Below are positions 50,801-60,730 of a stretch of 64,000 bases of DNA, one piece after another. Origin of the DNA: Phoronis australis. Its lineage: Eukaryota > Animalia > Phoronida. The number at the start of each line of letters is the position of its first letter. Positions within the stretch are counted from its first letter, which is position 1. The notes below the pieces were generated by a model. The model saw only the letters and a list, made by a program, of their open reading frames with translations. It made no database searches and was not told the DNA's origin. A program made the translations under genes and the position numbers. The stretch spans positions 252,952-316,951 of the forward strand of contig NMRA01000054.1 in the NCBI GenBank assembly GCA_002633005.1, in the 5' to 3' direction.

Positions 50801-53800
50801 CCCTCTCTCTCACTTACTTTTAACAAGTACATAACTGAAGGTGAGAGATTATGTTTATCTTAGATTATTATGAAAATAAATCCTTTTTGAGATTTTTAAG
50901 CAGATGACATGAAATAACTTTGTCTCAATCCGATTGGTTCAGTTTATAAATTTCGTCTCAAGTTTGTAGTTAATTGCTATGAGTAACTTGCACAGTTAAT
51001 ACAATCAGCTGGTTTAAAAGATAGACTACAAAGAGACTAAATGTAAACCTTAAGGGGGCAGGCACTTGGTGTTCTCCAGTTAAACACATATTCACAGGCA
51101 GATGTCTCTCCTTCAAACGATGGATCACTCTGCAACAAACACAGTTTCATTATATGGCAAGATAAACAACACCAGACACTGATTCACCGATTGCATAGGA
51201 ATGACTTAGCTCAGTCAATTGATAGTGTGGATAACTTAATATAGTCTAAATATCTAATACATCTCAAGTCATTACACTGATAATTTTACCAGACTGAAAA
51301 AAGGAATCAGTGCTTATATTTCACATGCTAATCATTGTGTAAAGCGTCTCACACCACTCTTATTAAATCGATGTAAATAAACTTAAACTTCCAGACAACC
51401 TCAAGAGATCCTATGTTGTAAGCTCAGCAGAGCCCATAAACACAGGTCAGTTTTAATGTTTAGAACTTGATGTCTAATAAATACGCAATGCAAAAAACAA
51501 CCACAGATGCCTGTGTCAAAATAATCTATTTTTGTTAATGTGTCTTCAATACAGAAAAATTGCCTTAAACATGTGCAAATATAGACTTATACTGACTAAG
51601 ACGTCTGCTTGTTACTGTTTTTAAATACTACATTGTACTTTCTGGTGGGTAACACCATCACTTTTATTCTATTCTCTAAATCATCCATGTATTCACTTTT
51701 CTTTACAATTGTGACAACTGCTTCACGTTAACATAAAACATTCTTTACTATAACAGTTTTAACAACTTAACAGTTTTAACGAGTTAACAGTTTCCTCAGT
51801 AATCAGTTGGTAGCACACACTACAAAAGTTTCATTTTTCATTTCATCTTATGAGATGAGATTGTGGATCAACAACTGACAATACAGCTGGAAAGTTGTCT
51901 TCCCACTTTACCTCCTTGGGTGAGCAGAAGAAGTTGATTCTGGTGCTGCGATGGGACTCCAGTGTTGTTCCTTTGTGACAGATTTCACCATTCAGGTAGC
52001 GAATGCTCAGAGAACCATCTCGCGCGGCTGCTGGCGCCGCCTGAATGTAACCCATGTTGTATGCGACACCATTGTTGTTGACCTGACAGCCTCCGATTGG
52101 TCCACCTACAGGCGACATAAATGACTTGCGCTATAAAATTCCCATATCAACCATACTGTGACGGTTCATGAGAAAATACTGGTAGCATACTACATACTAA
52201 AATCTTTCATGCAAACTCAACTTAGGGGATGGAAACCAAATTGAATGCTTATTATGGGCATGCAGCCTTATCACACAACTCTTAGCACATACAGAAAAAC
52301 CCGTAACTGAACTCCAACCGCCCTCAGACAAACTTAACACAGATAATTTTAAGTGCAAGTGACCAAAAAACAACTCATGGCAAGTGGGTTGCATATTTCA
52401 GTCACTTGCATTAAAGAGTACCTAAGTGTTGTTTGAGTGCAAGTTCCAAGGTAAGGGCTTTCTATGTACAGTAAGGGCTTTCAATGTATGGTAAGGACTT
52501 TCAATGTACGGTAGGGGATTTCAATGTACGGTAGGGGCTTTCTATGTACGCTAGGGGCTTTCTATGTACGGTAGGGGCTTTCAATGTACGGTAGGGGCTT
52601 TCAATGTACGGTAGGAGCTTTCTATGTACGGTAGGGGCTTTCTATGTACGGTAGGGGGCTTTCTATGTACGGTAGGGGCTTTCTATGTACGGTAGGGGCT
52701 TTCTGTGAACAGTAGGGGCTTTCTATGTCCGGTAGGGGCTTTCTATGTACGGAGGGGGCTTTCTATGTAAGGTAAGGGCTTTCTATGTACGGTATGGGCT
52801 TTCTATGTACCGCATGAGCTTTCTATGTACAGCAAGGGCTTTCTATGTACGGCAAGGGCTTTCTATATACAGTAAGGGCTTTCTATGCACGGTAAGGGCT
52901 TTTTAAGAATGGTTAAAATTTCTGCAATGTGCAGTAAGACTTGGTTTTCACCCCTTGAAATTGACAGTTTGAAACGATCAATAGCAATAACACAATGCCC
53001 CTGGTATGAGGAAAACAGTACTTATAGCCTCTTAGGAGCTCAATCAGCCGTAAAGTTGATTTTCTGATAACATCTAAATGTCAAAAGGTAGTGAAAAAAT
53101 CTTATTAAAAGCATGCCACACAAACCTGGACAACTGGCTCCGGACCCATTGTTGACTTTGTTGATGGGACGGCACACATTGATGAAGTAGAACAAATCCT
53201 TATGATCAGGCCTGGTGTCCACCACTGCCCACGCGCCCTCAGTCCGTGCCAGAGGTGAAAGGTCATACTGATTCCCTTGTTTGTCACTGACAAAGCAGTC
53301 AACAGGCTCGGGGGCACAAGCAAGCGCTGTCTCAAAGTTGAACAAATACGTGTTGCCGTCTCTTCGTACAAAGGTGGGGGATCCCAGTTGTATGTCCTTG
53401 CGGCATAGGAATGTGATGACGACCTTGACCTTTTCACCTAAAAAACAAGTCAACAGTAAGAAACATTAAACAAGTCTGCTGTATTGTAAGAAACTTCAGA
53501 ATGATTAACAGAACAATTTAAATGTAGAGTGAGAGGAATGAAACTCAATACATAGTCAAGACTAACTTTCAGTGCACCATTTTTGACATAAACTCAAAAC
53601 CTTAAAAATGCAAAAGCTGTCATGAGATATACAACTTACAGTTGAAAACAATTTTAAATGCTAAGGCAGCTTGCAATTGTCACATATTAAGCCAAAAATA
53701 CAGGTCATCACATCTCATATTTATACATTCACAACTATTAATGATAAGATAAGTGCATGACGATTGTCTACTAATTTCATTAAGTTCCATAAAGGAACTT

Positions 53801-56800
53801 GGTAGATGTAAGGAGCACAGAAGAACATGATTCTGTCATGAAATGAACACCAATTTTACTCTCCTTGGAAAACCAGGCACATCAAAGTTCACAAAGATCC
53901 TTCAACACTGTCAAAAAGTTCCAGTAACTGACCATTATCTAGCCTCGGGCCACTGTAGGTAAGGGTCAATTGTCCATCATCTGAAAACTCTAGCTTCTTG
54001 CTCAGACTACCCAGATGGTGTTGCTTGCGAGCACTGTCCACTTGGCAGACAGACACAGGTGAATTACCAGTGGCAGGACATTCACTGGATGATTGGGCAA
54101 TAGGACCACACACATTGATCTGGAACAAGAGATATACCTTTACCCCAAAGCAATCAAATACAACCTACTACAGCCATGTCAAAACCGAACATGTCATCAT
54201 TATAAGAACAATGGCATGATATACACTTACTTTGGTGCATTGTACGTGGTAAGCTCTGAAGGGTGGTCATCTTGACCGTTTTGGCCGTTGGGAAGCTACA
54301 TTAGTCAGCACTCTGGCAATTCTCAATTCACAGTTTCTCATAAAACAAGTACAATATTGATATGTTTTATGTTGAAATGTGTTCAAAAAATGCCACGAAG
54401 GACAGTTGCTTAAGATTTCACCGAATTTCACACACTTATGCATGACATACCTTTTTTCTTCTGAGTCTGTGAGTGACATGTTATTACTGATAGTGAAAGA
54501 CTGAAAATTTGCCTCACATGAACAGAGACGCATCGTTTCACTTTATTTTCACAAGCTTTTGTGACAGTCTATATAATTAGCGAGCGCATTTGCAAATCGG
54601 ACGCGTGTTTCGTGAATCCATAGTGAAACGAACCACACCACTAACCGCCCATGCACCACATATCCTATTGCAGATGTTTAGAGAGTGCAATTAACAGATG
54701 CAAAAATACAAAGTAGGCAGTCCATTTACCATTGTCATACTCTATGGTGTCACTGTTGTCTATAACATTCACACTAACAACAAACACCCTACCCTATAGG
54801 AGCTGCCAGCGTTGCCTTGTACAGTATAGTCTTCGCCCCTGACCTTTCTCAGCGGTTGCATATTGAAGATGTACTCAGAATTGTGGTCTTTCACTGTGCA
54901 ATCCTCAGTCGTGTCACTTTCAGATGTGTCTACAGGGCATGCAGCCTCCGTCTCCCAGAGGAACACAAACATACAATTGTTGACTTGCTCGATGAACCTC
55001 GGGCCAGAAGACTGTAAGTGAATGTAAACTGTTAAAACAAATACTGAGTTGAAATTTGGAAATGCGAGCTGAGACTTTGGCCAAGTCACATCAGTCACAC
55101 CTGTGCGACTTGGGAATTCCAACTCATTCTGTACACTTCTGTCAGTAACCAACAAAAATAGAAGCAATTCGTGTGAATATCATAATTACTCTACAACCAC
55201 CCAGTTAGAACCAATTTACTTAGGGTCGCCTAGTCGAAATACAAATGGAGACAATCGACTGGCGAGCCTTATTTTTAGTTTGCAATATTTCTTTAGCTGG
55301 AACTTTTGAGTGCGGTGTAATTCCACAAATACAACCTGAGATTTTGCCCAGTTCGCAAATGACAAACTCCCAATTTTCATTGTGGTCTGGAATAAAGATG
55401 AACAGAAAGACAAACTGTGGTTGCATGACATTCCTCAGTTGCGTAAATCTCAGTCTGACTGGTTTACACTCAACCCTAGAGAAGTGGAAGCTGTCATATT
55501 TTTCACTTCACTGAACAAAGGACTTTTTTAATGGAACTTAATGTAGCTCTCAGTGGTTAGTGTGGACTTGCAAACTGAAAGGTGATGGGATCTTCCCCTA
55601 AATGCTACAATTGTAATGTTGTGCTCTTGAACTAGGCATTTAACCTCGATATTATTTCAGTTGACCCAGCTATAAATAAGTACCAGCCAGGGGAATTTGA
55701 AAGACTGTCATCCGGTCATACTACTGAAATCGAACTTAACAGCCGACCCTAATAGCCTTATAATTGAGATGGATTTCCTAGTCTTCTTCTGTCTTACGTA
55801 TAAGTAGAGGCACGGTCTTTTTCAGTCTTACTTGGAGCTGCGATTGATCGATTGATACATTATTCTTGGAACTATACGGACATGTTTTCACTTAACAGGA
55901 AGTAGGATCAAAGTGTTGACCTGGATATTATAAAGTGGAATTTTTCACTTATTCACACCACAATCACATCCTCATCTCTCACAAATACAGTGAACTTATA
56001 CTTTTCTCACCAAACTGTATTAATTTTCTTTTCTCATCTACCCCTGACGACTCTATTGTTGTGAATGTATTTAGTTATTAAATCACATAATTGTGTTCCC
56101 ATATAAACTATGCAAAGAGGTCTGATATGTACTATATTACAGGTAATGCTTTCTTTCTCATTTATGGGTACAAAGGTAGCAAGACCTACCAGTTTTCCTT
56201 TCTTACACCTCAACCTTAGCTGTGTACTGTAGACAGACTTAATGCCAGTGGTTTCTGTACATTCATCCCCGGACTTGTATTCAAGAACAAGACCATCACC
56301 ATCGATATGAGGGGGGCTGTGCGAGCGACCTGCATTTGGAATGCTTTGGGTCTCCTGAAGAACAAAATTAACAAACCAAGTTAACATTCAATGTTGGGTT
56401 AGTTTCGTTAAAATCAAATCAATTTTGAATGTCTCACAAACAATACAAAAATCCACAAAACCCGACATTCTTATCACACCCTGTTGTTGAACAATAGGTT
56501 ACAGACAAAGAATAGGACAATAGATAAACATCACTGAAACAGAAAGTGACAGTGAAAGCAGAACGGAAGACTAGACTTTTTCCATTTATCTTTTGAATTA
56601 GTATATTAACAGAAGCCACCAATGAAAGAGTTACAATACAACATAACCAGAACCACATTTCACAGTTACGTAACTACTCTACCACATCTAATAACTTAAC
56701 TGTACATACAACAGTGCCCTCATTCAGAGAGGTCATGCAAGTTGCCGCCTGGCTGTCACACAGGGATTTCCCTCCAATAACAACAGGATTCACAGGTCGG

Positions 56801-59800
56801 CAGACATTGATGTAGAACCGGCGTTTGGACGAAGGGTTGGACTCGTCCATCACAGACCAGTTCTCCTGGTCCTCTGACATGGACAAGCTGAAATGGACAG
56901 TTGAACATTTTTAAGGATATGTAGGACCCTCGAAACATGTCCATATTTTGCAAACTTCAGAACACCATATCTTATAATTGGCAGATTGGATAAATAAGAA
57001 ACTTCAGATAGTGTGCTTTGTTCACTCTTCTCTAAAACGCTGTTAAGGAATTGCTTTTAAAATGTTCCACTTTTGCATGGAGGGATAACAAAAATGGGAC
57101 TTTTATGATTTTTCACAAAAAAATCAAATTAAGTTGCATAAAACAGAAACGAAATAAAGAGTTAAAAACTGCAACAGTATTTTTGAGATTTCGATCTGAA
57201 CATTTATATCAAATAAAATTTTGTCATGTTTTTGTAACCGCCGTGTTGCTATCAATATACACAGCCTTTATGCTATATTTTAATTACTAAAAAAACATGG
57301 TCACATGACCCAATTAATGGGAGATTGTTATGAAGTTACAAATCAAATTCTTCATGGCTTCTACTTTCACAAAATAAATACTTTCACTGAGTTAAAAATT
57401 ATATTTCGTAATATTTGGCTGAATATACACATGCTGATAAGTATTATTTTACGCAGTCCACCAAAGTATTTGTATTTTTAGCTGTGAATACGAAACATTT
57501 ATTACAGCTGGTCAAACAAGAAGTACGGGTTCTCATTACAATGAGTGTCAGCTCACAATCAACTCGTGCACGATATGTTAATGACACTTAGGGATGGCTT
57601 AAGCACAAAATTGTATGTGAAAATAAATCAGTCAGAGCCAAAAAAGAAGTGATGACTGTTGAAAGCTGCCAAGTCATAACATAACAAGTGAGGTGGCTAG
57701 TAGACTTAGTATAAATTTTACACTATTTTGCAGAAAACTTGAAGGAGATTTTGGATGGAAACAGTGATATGAAACAACAACAAATATGGCAAATGTACAT
57801 TCATAACTGCCCAAACACAAGTGATCTATGAGGTACCGTGAAGTAGCATGACTCATTTAACTAATGATAGAATTTCAATATTTACAACTTTGCGACCTTT
57901 GACCTCCTCACCTTGACAAATCGTACTGCATGTGGTTCTTCTTATCAATCACTACACACTCAACTGGCTCCTCTGGACAGGCATGATGCGTGTACCACTT
58001 GAAAAAGTAGGTTCCCATAGACTCCTCTACAAACTCTGGTGTGCTACTATTGGCAGTGTGGTCACAAAGGAATGCGATCTCCATCTTGCGGCTGACGCCA
58101 GTGCCATATTTCTCTCCATCCGTGTAGGTGAGGTTGATCATGCCATCAAAGTAGGTCAACTGGCCATTGGCTTTTCCAACATTGTAACTGAAACAATGAT
58201 AACAGACAACTCCTGAGAGCACAAACCATGTCTGTCCAGCCACATGTACTTTGCGTTTGTTAATATTCTTGACATGAGGGCGTGTGAACCTCCATTAATG
58301 ATGATGCAAGTACAGACAAACTTTTCACTACTTCTACATGTACATTTTACACAATGTCACTTCATGCAAAGCTGGTGTAGATACAGATGGGGACCCAGAG
58401 ATGTTGCGAACAAAGCAAATAGAACATCTGATGCTCTACATCTGCAATATGCACAGCATAATTAAAGATTTTTCAATGAAAAAAATTAATGTACATTAAC
58501 AAAAATCAATCACAGCCAAAGCATTTAAAAAAATTATTTCTTACAGTAAAATTCTATATCATGCAGTTCCTAGGTTTTATTATTGTTCAATGTGTGATTA
58601 TTTCATCCAATAAAAAGATATCCATTGAAAAAACAACCAATATTAACTTGCAAACTCTGAAAACAATATATTTTTTGTTTTTGTTCACTCAATTTAGGAT
58701 TTGTTTCTTTATGACTCACATGTGCTGGCCAGTTCTTTCCACCTGACAGCCACCAGCATCTTTATGTGGGTCTGAATCACAGGGCGTTCCCTTCACCTGA
58801 TCACACACATTAATGAAGTAGTCATACTTCTGATACGGCACCTTATAGAATGCCTTGTCACCTTTTTTAGTCAGAGCAGAAAGGTCAAACGAAAACCCTG
58901 AAATTACAAAAGCAAACTATGTGACTGCAAAATAGTGATTGTCACCACAAGCATCACAAATGTGGGTGCAGGTACAATAAAAATTTGAGCTGGCATGTTA
59001 TCATTTACCCATGTGAGTCTATTTAAGCTGCAAAAGAACTGTTTGCCAGGTTTCAAAGATTTTTTTCAATAAAAATTTAAACAAAATTCAGGATTAGCCC
59101 TTCCAAATCTGTGTTTGGTACTTTACTTAGTGATAAAACCATGGTACCTTCAGAATTTTCTTTTTTCAATATCGAATATTTCTCAAAATAATACACTAGC
59201 CTTTCTACACACCTGCAGTGTCGTCGAACACCCTACAGCCTTTTCCTCGCTTCTGGCCCAGTACACACGCCGCTGCCGTATGCCACTCAAACTCAAACAA
59301 GCAATTATCATCCGACTTGCGGATGAGAACTGGGGCACTCTCCAGGTCGCCAGGACGACAGACGAATGTGATGACGCTCTCCTTGCTCTTGCCATCTGAG
59401 CATGAGGCACCATCTTTGTAGTGAAGTTTGATGACATTCGATTTGTCATCGTAAGTTGGGTCCTCAACATACTTGCCAATGCTTACAGCCTTTCCCAGGT
59501 GATCTGCACAATAAACAATCAGAGGTTATGAAACTGCATGAATCCTTCATGACACACAAGGATGACTGATTCTTTATAAACTGCACGGTGAATTGGTCTT
59601 TTTTTTAATATAAACAAATTCATCATTTCCTATTAGTTAACCTGCAGGTATTGCATCACAAACCAATAGGACATTTATTAAATCAACATCGTAATATACA
59701 CCAAGAACTCACCAATCATGCAAGCGGCCCCTGGTGGGCAATTTGCTGTTTTACCGTGTTTTAACACATCATTGCAGATGTTGATGTAGAACATTGCACC

Positions 59801-59850
59801 AGAATCTTTATTGTGATTATGACGACCATTTAGGGCCTCCCAGTTGTCAC
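14718..59850 (-). CDS. IGF2R: Cation-independent mannose-6-phosphate receptor (CI-MPR/IGF2R orthologue), 5'-partial, 35 exons in window, MRH domains 4-15 plus TM and tail
   Basis: Repeated CIMR motifs (YDLSxL, FYINVC, LxYxxGxxC, FxCxxxxGxP, CxYxFxWxTxxAC) run colinear with recalled human IGF2R, e.g. FVCRPGDLESAPVL, FEWHTAAACVL, ACPEEPVECVV, ETSDCKYLFEW, YDLRLLS. TM helix, YEYSKL and C-terminal HDDSDVDMLL are present. All introns are GT-AG with consistent phases. Confidence 0.95.
15252..15327 (-). CDS. IGF2R: CI-MPR tail exon (TAFRLKLKSIF..RYEYSK)
   Basis: cag/gtaggt, phase 2 to 0; tyrosine internalisation motif. Confidence 0.88.
15673..15840 (-). CDS. IGF2R: CI-MPR transmembrane exon
   Basis: VAAIVAVFLGFIFLGLLLVVF followed by HKQER; tag/gtaagt. 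Confidence 0.92.
16943..17028 (-). CDS. IGF2R: CI-MPR exon, end of domain 15
   Basis: DKPTFLYESHGCDYVFQWLTPAMC; tag/gtatgt. Confidence 0.9.
21843..22284 (+). mobile_element. HINE/Helentron-like interspersed repeat, short copy 1
   Basis: Starts acaagagcaccgtggagcgttgaaatgc and ends with the hairpin atgcgctcacatataaatatgtggacacat; shared with the copies at 42043 and 60731. Confidence 0.75.
22462..22565 (-). CDS. IGF2R: CI-MPR exon, domain 15
   Basis: DVLEIVYESADKCHHLKDQFVTSQIDVQCD; tag/gtaagt. Confidence 0.88.
25021..25225. repeat. About 69-bp tandem repeat, 3 copies, ending just inside the intron next to a splice donor
   Basis: aaggcct..cact.cacc.tg...acctgggacaatgccatctgcacac repeated three times. 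Confidence 0.9.
25240..25421 (-). CDS. IGF2R: CI-MPR exon, domain 15
   Basis: YHYLVNLNG..NCAGSAICQTKAGQPQFHRNI; cag/gtgagt. Confidence 0.9.
25514..25829. mobile_element. TTAA-flanked MITE
   Basis: ttaaagcctaacttcaacgg ... ctgttgaaggtaggctttaa, 18/20 inverted match. Confidence 0.75.
26252..26335 (-). CDS. IGF2R: CI-MPR exon, start of domain 15
   Basis: SEIQEADGFITDPKSKTKLNLKRIFAD; cag/gtaagc, phase 2-2. Confidence 0.85.
26600..26818 (+). mobile_element. tRNA-derived SINE-like element, copy 1
   Basis: A-box-like ggcttagtg and B-box-like ggtttgagtccc; body aataaaagcacaaaaatggttcca...ggtacaacatgtac..gcctgcaatt shared with 39995-40250. Confidence 0.65.
27353..27421 (-). CDS. IGF2R: CI-MPR exon, end of domain 14
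   Basis: KTNEDNCVFNFIWKTSIAC; tag/gtaatg. Confidence 0.88.
28863..29007 (-). CDS. IGF2R: CI-MPR exon, domain 14
   Basis: DGETLVLTYSEGNNAC..TVIKLQCANTVGGPQF; cag/gtagtg. Confidence 0.9.
30142..30284 (-). CDS. IGF2R: CI-MPR exon, domain 14
   Basis: YWLNICQGVHDGPSSTGCPPSAAVCRQ; cag/gtaggt. Confidence 0.9.
31928..32085 (-). CDS. IGF2R: CI-MPR exon, domain 13/14 junction
   Basis: CDVVFRWPTILACPP..YDLRLLS; cag/gtgagt. Confidence 0.92.
33972..34051 (-). CDS. IGF2R: CI-MPR exon, domain 13, downstream of the FnII-equivalent position
   Basis: DGHAKSQIIFECDRTATSGTKPILLS; tag/gtaagt. Confidence 0.88.
34472..34679 (-). CDS. IGF2R: CI-MPR exon, domain 13
   Basis: YYINICSP..SAVCRR..LSYRDGATCSDS; cag/gtgagt. 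Confidence 0.92.
35896..36084 (-). CDS. IGF2R: CI-MPR exon, domain 12/13 junction
   Basis: GVPELVDVVDGCQYLFTWETNVVC..FDFSAL; cag/gtttgt. Confidence 0.92.
36408..36557 (-). CDS. IGF2R: CI-MPR exon, domain 12
   Basis: IVYTHGSPCPGHEGVNMSSRIEFVC; tag/gtattg. Confidence 0.9.
37670..37882 (-). CDS. IGF2R: CI-MPR exon, domain 12
   Basis: DLSPLIKDDGY..YYINICRPLNPIPG; cag/gtcagt. Confidence 0.93.
38112..38374 (-). CDS. IGF2R: CI-MPR exon, domain 11 core
   Basis: SCQKD..AGKANSNLKF..YTDGTVCSHNKRARSTFISFVCGPEG..VDESDDCTYYVAWHTELACE; tag/gtgagt. Confidence 0.93.
38849..38998 (-). CDS. IGF2R: CI-MPR exon, domain 11 N-terminal part
   Basis: YEFDLSSLKSSAGYKV..FNINVCGPV; tag/gtaatg. Confidence 0.9.
39481..39552. 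repeat. 72-bp spacerless AT-rich palindrome
   Basis: 36-bp arms with 3 mismatches, centred on GAGCTC. Confidence 0.9.
39621..39759 (-). CDS. IGF2R: CI-MPR exon, domain 10/11 junction
   Basis: DSRPSFLYHESNCDYHFIWYTKAACP..CKAKNPKT; cag/gtgagt. Confidence 0.92.
39995..40250 (+). mobile_element. tRNA-derived SINE-like element, copy 2
   Basis: tggcctagtg A-box and ggttcgagtc B-box; body homologous to 26600-26818. Confidence 0.65.
40948..41089 (-). CDS. IGF2R: CI-MPR exon, domain 10
   Basis: YKNLG..LVLKYTNGDRCDNGQNSSTIITLNCD; cag/gtaagt. Confidence 0.9.
41548..41614 (-). CDS. IGF2R: CI-MPR small exon, domain 10
   Basis: TACPLNSAACQVNTTETDPKK; cag/gtgcgt; bridges phase 1 to 2 exactly. Confidence 0.88.
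42043..43295 (+). mobile_element. HINE/Helentron-like element with internal array of about 145-bp units, copy 2
   Basis: 5' aacaagagcaacgcggagcgttgaaatgc; repeated ccactag.ggg/tg.c units; (GGAC)n at about 43229-43245; 3' hairpin atgcgtccacatataaatatgtgggtgcat followed by an A-run. Confidence 0.8.
44049..44328 (+). repeat. Partial second copy of the 2161-2557 element
   Basis: Colinear similarity over about 270 bp. Confidence 0.75.
44442..48725. mobile_element. 4.28-kb DNA transposon with perfect 25-bp TIRs and TA TSD, no intact transposase recognised, inside a CI-MPR intron
   Basis: ta|cggtaaagtcgcgtgattttcggac (44442-44466) and gtccgaaaatcacgcgactttaccg|ta (48701-48725); subterminal ttcggac repeats at both ends. 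Confidence 0.88.
46269..46557. mobile_element. MITE nested inside the 4.3-kb element
   Basis: taccagcgatttccgtatataag ... cttatatacggaaatctatggtg, with a perfect 16-bp inverted core. Confidence 0.7.
48762..48892 (-). CDS. IGF2R: CI-MPR exon, start of domain 10
   Basis: DSRGNEYDLSSL..KYVLNVCSSIVHRT; cag/gtaaga. Confidence 0.92.
49280..49815 (+). mobile_element. Decayed 3' end of an L1/Tx1-type LINE, antisense to the host gene
   Basis: + frames read DSNLCSFCNKAPETLSHLFWECRLVQDFW (ORF2 C-terminal CCHC finger), FNILLLIAKQYTY and FSAKWENF; A-rich tail at about 49793-49815. Confidence 0.8.
49828..50068 (-). CDS. IGF2R: CI-MPR exon, domain 9 (M6P site)
   Basis: LTYTGGKPCHNRKFNRTTIIKFTCD..LNETSDCKYLFEW; cag/gtatgt. 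Confidence 0.95.
50451..50673 (-). CDS. IGF2R: CI-MPR exon, domain 9
   Basis: CKVTEPLYNQQFDLTPL..AGVCQTW; aag/gtaggt. Confidence 0.92.
51049..51129 (-). CDS. IGF2R: CI-MPR exon, end of domain 8
   Basis: SDPSFEGETSACEYVFNWRTPSACPLK; cag/gtttac. Confidence 0.9.
51912..52105 (-). CDS. IGF2R: CI-MPR exon, domain 8
   Basis: GGCQVNN..DGSLSIRYLNGEICHKGTTLESHRSTRINFFC; tag/gtaaag. Confidence 0.93.
52450..52902. repeat. 20-bp minisatellite (GGTAGGGGCTTTCTATGTAC), about 22 copies
   Basis: Direct head-to-tail tandem array with no spacers. Confidence 0.97.
53126..53437 (-). CDS. IGF2R: CI-MPR exon, domain 7/8 junction
   Basis: VITFLCRKDIQLGSP..FETALACAPEPVDC..QYDLSPL..YFINVCRP; tag/gtttgt. Confidence 0.95.
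53933..54119 (-). CDS. IGF2R: CI-MPR exon, domain 7
   Basis: INVCGPI..VSVCQ..DGQLTLTYSG; cag/gtcagt. Confidence 0.92.
54793..55011 (-). CDS. IGF2R: CI-MPR exon, domain 6/7 junction
   Basis: CMFVFLWETEAACP..CTVKDHNSEYIFNMQPL; cag/gtaggg. Confidence 0.93.
55541..55690 (+). mobile_element. Decayed SINE-like fragment
   Basis: tagctctcagtggttag tRNA-like head, then gtgctcttgaactaggcatttaacc..gacccagctataaataagtacc, which resembles a typical metazoan SINE core. Confidence 0.45.
56190..56354 (-). CDS. IGF2R: CI-MPR exon, domain 6
   Basis: LVLEYKSGDEC..YSTQLRLRCKKGKL; cag/gtaggt. Confidence 0.92.
56710..56887 (-). CDS. IGF2R: CI-MPR exon, domain 6
   Basis: ENWSVMDES..RFYINVCRPVNPV; cag/gtatgt. 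Confidence 0.92.
57912..58187 (-). CDS. IGF2R: CI-MPR exon, domain 5/6 junction
   Basis: LTYFDGMINLTY..SRKMEIAFLCD..EESMGTYFFKWYT..CPEEPVECVV; cag/gtgagg. Confidence 0.95.
58720..58897 (-). CDS. IGF2R: CI-MPR exon, domain 5
   Basis: FSFDLSALTKK..KYDYFINVC..GGCQVE; cag/gtgagt. Confidence 0.93.
59213..59503 (-). CDS. IGF2R: CI-MPR exon, domain 4/5 junction
   Basis: ITFVCRPGDLESAPVL..FEFEWHTAAACVL; cag/gtgtgt. Confidence 0.95.
59713..59850 (-). CDS. IGF2R: CI-MPR exon, domain 4 (most 5' exon found)
   Basis: DNWEALNG..FYINICNDVL..CPPGAACMI; cag/gtgagt. Confidence 0.92.
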
Positions 59851-60730
59851 CTGAAGTTGAGGAAGAGAGATACGACTAAGATGAGAAAAAATTGCCAGCA
59901 AATGTTAAGACTGTGATTCCATTTGTCATTAGGCCACATACTAGGTAGAATCTTGCACATAAGCTAGCAGTAAGCATACTTCATTTGGAACAAAAACAAT
60001 TGCTTGAAGGTTTTTCATCTTAAGTTGTTTAAGGCACCAAATGCTTAAAATTTTGCTACAAGTTATTTGATGACAACAATGTTATATAAAACGTGGTCCC
60101 TATGAAGAACACTATTCCCAACAACTAATTTTGCGGACAAGTTGTGTCTAAGACCAAATTTCCAACTTAAATATTAAGTCACTTTTCATGAAACAGAGCC
60201 AACCAGAGATGCTGTGGCTGCTATATACAGTCGTGGCTTTGAAATCTTCCTTCATTTGAAGAAACCTAATCCCAAATATTTATTAAGTATTCTGAATTTG
60301 AAAAAAGGCTAATCCAGTTCGTTGAAGGTGCAGGATAACTGAGATGGATCAAGCACATTGACGTTGCCAGATCATGCTCAAAACTGACTTCAGTGTCTTA
60401 TGTACCCCCACAGCTTGCATGTTAGACTACAAACTTTTGGTCAGCTCCTTATGTATGTCAACCATGTGAAATTATGACACTAACCAAGACAACAGTTTAA
60501 TAAGAAGGCTAACCCCAATGATGTGACAACTGAATGCCCAGTAAGGTTATGTAGGAACCTATAGAAATATCCAAATTTGAACAACTTCAGAACAACATAT
60601 CTCAGAATGGCTGATCAGATTCATATGACACTTTCAGATGCTATGCTTTATACACTGACTTAAAAGGAGAGTGGCTATAAAATATACAACTTTTGTGATT
60701 TTATGAAAAAAACTCAAGTTGAATACAATA

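Noticed and set aside
52450-52902. 20-bp array as a CRISPR or coding repeat
   Set aside because: It is head-to-tail with no spacers, intronic, and its unit length is not a multiple of 3.
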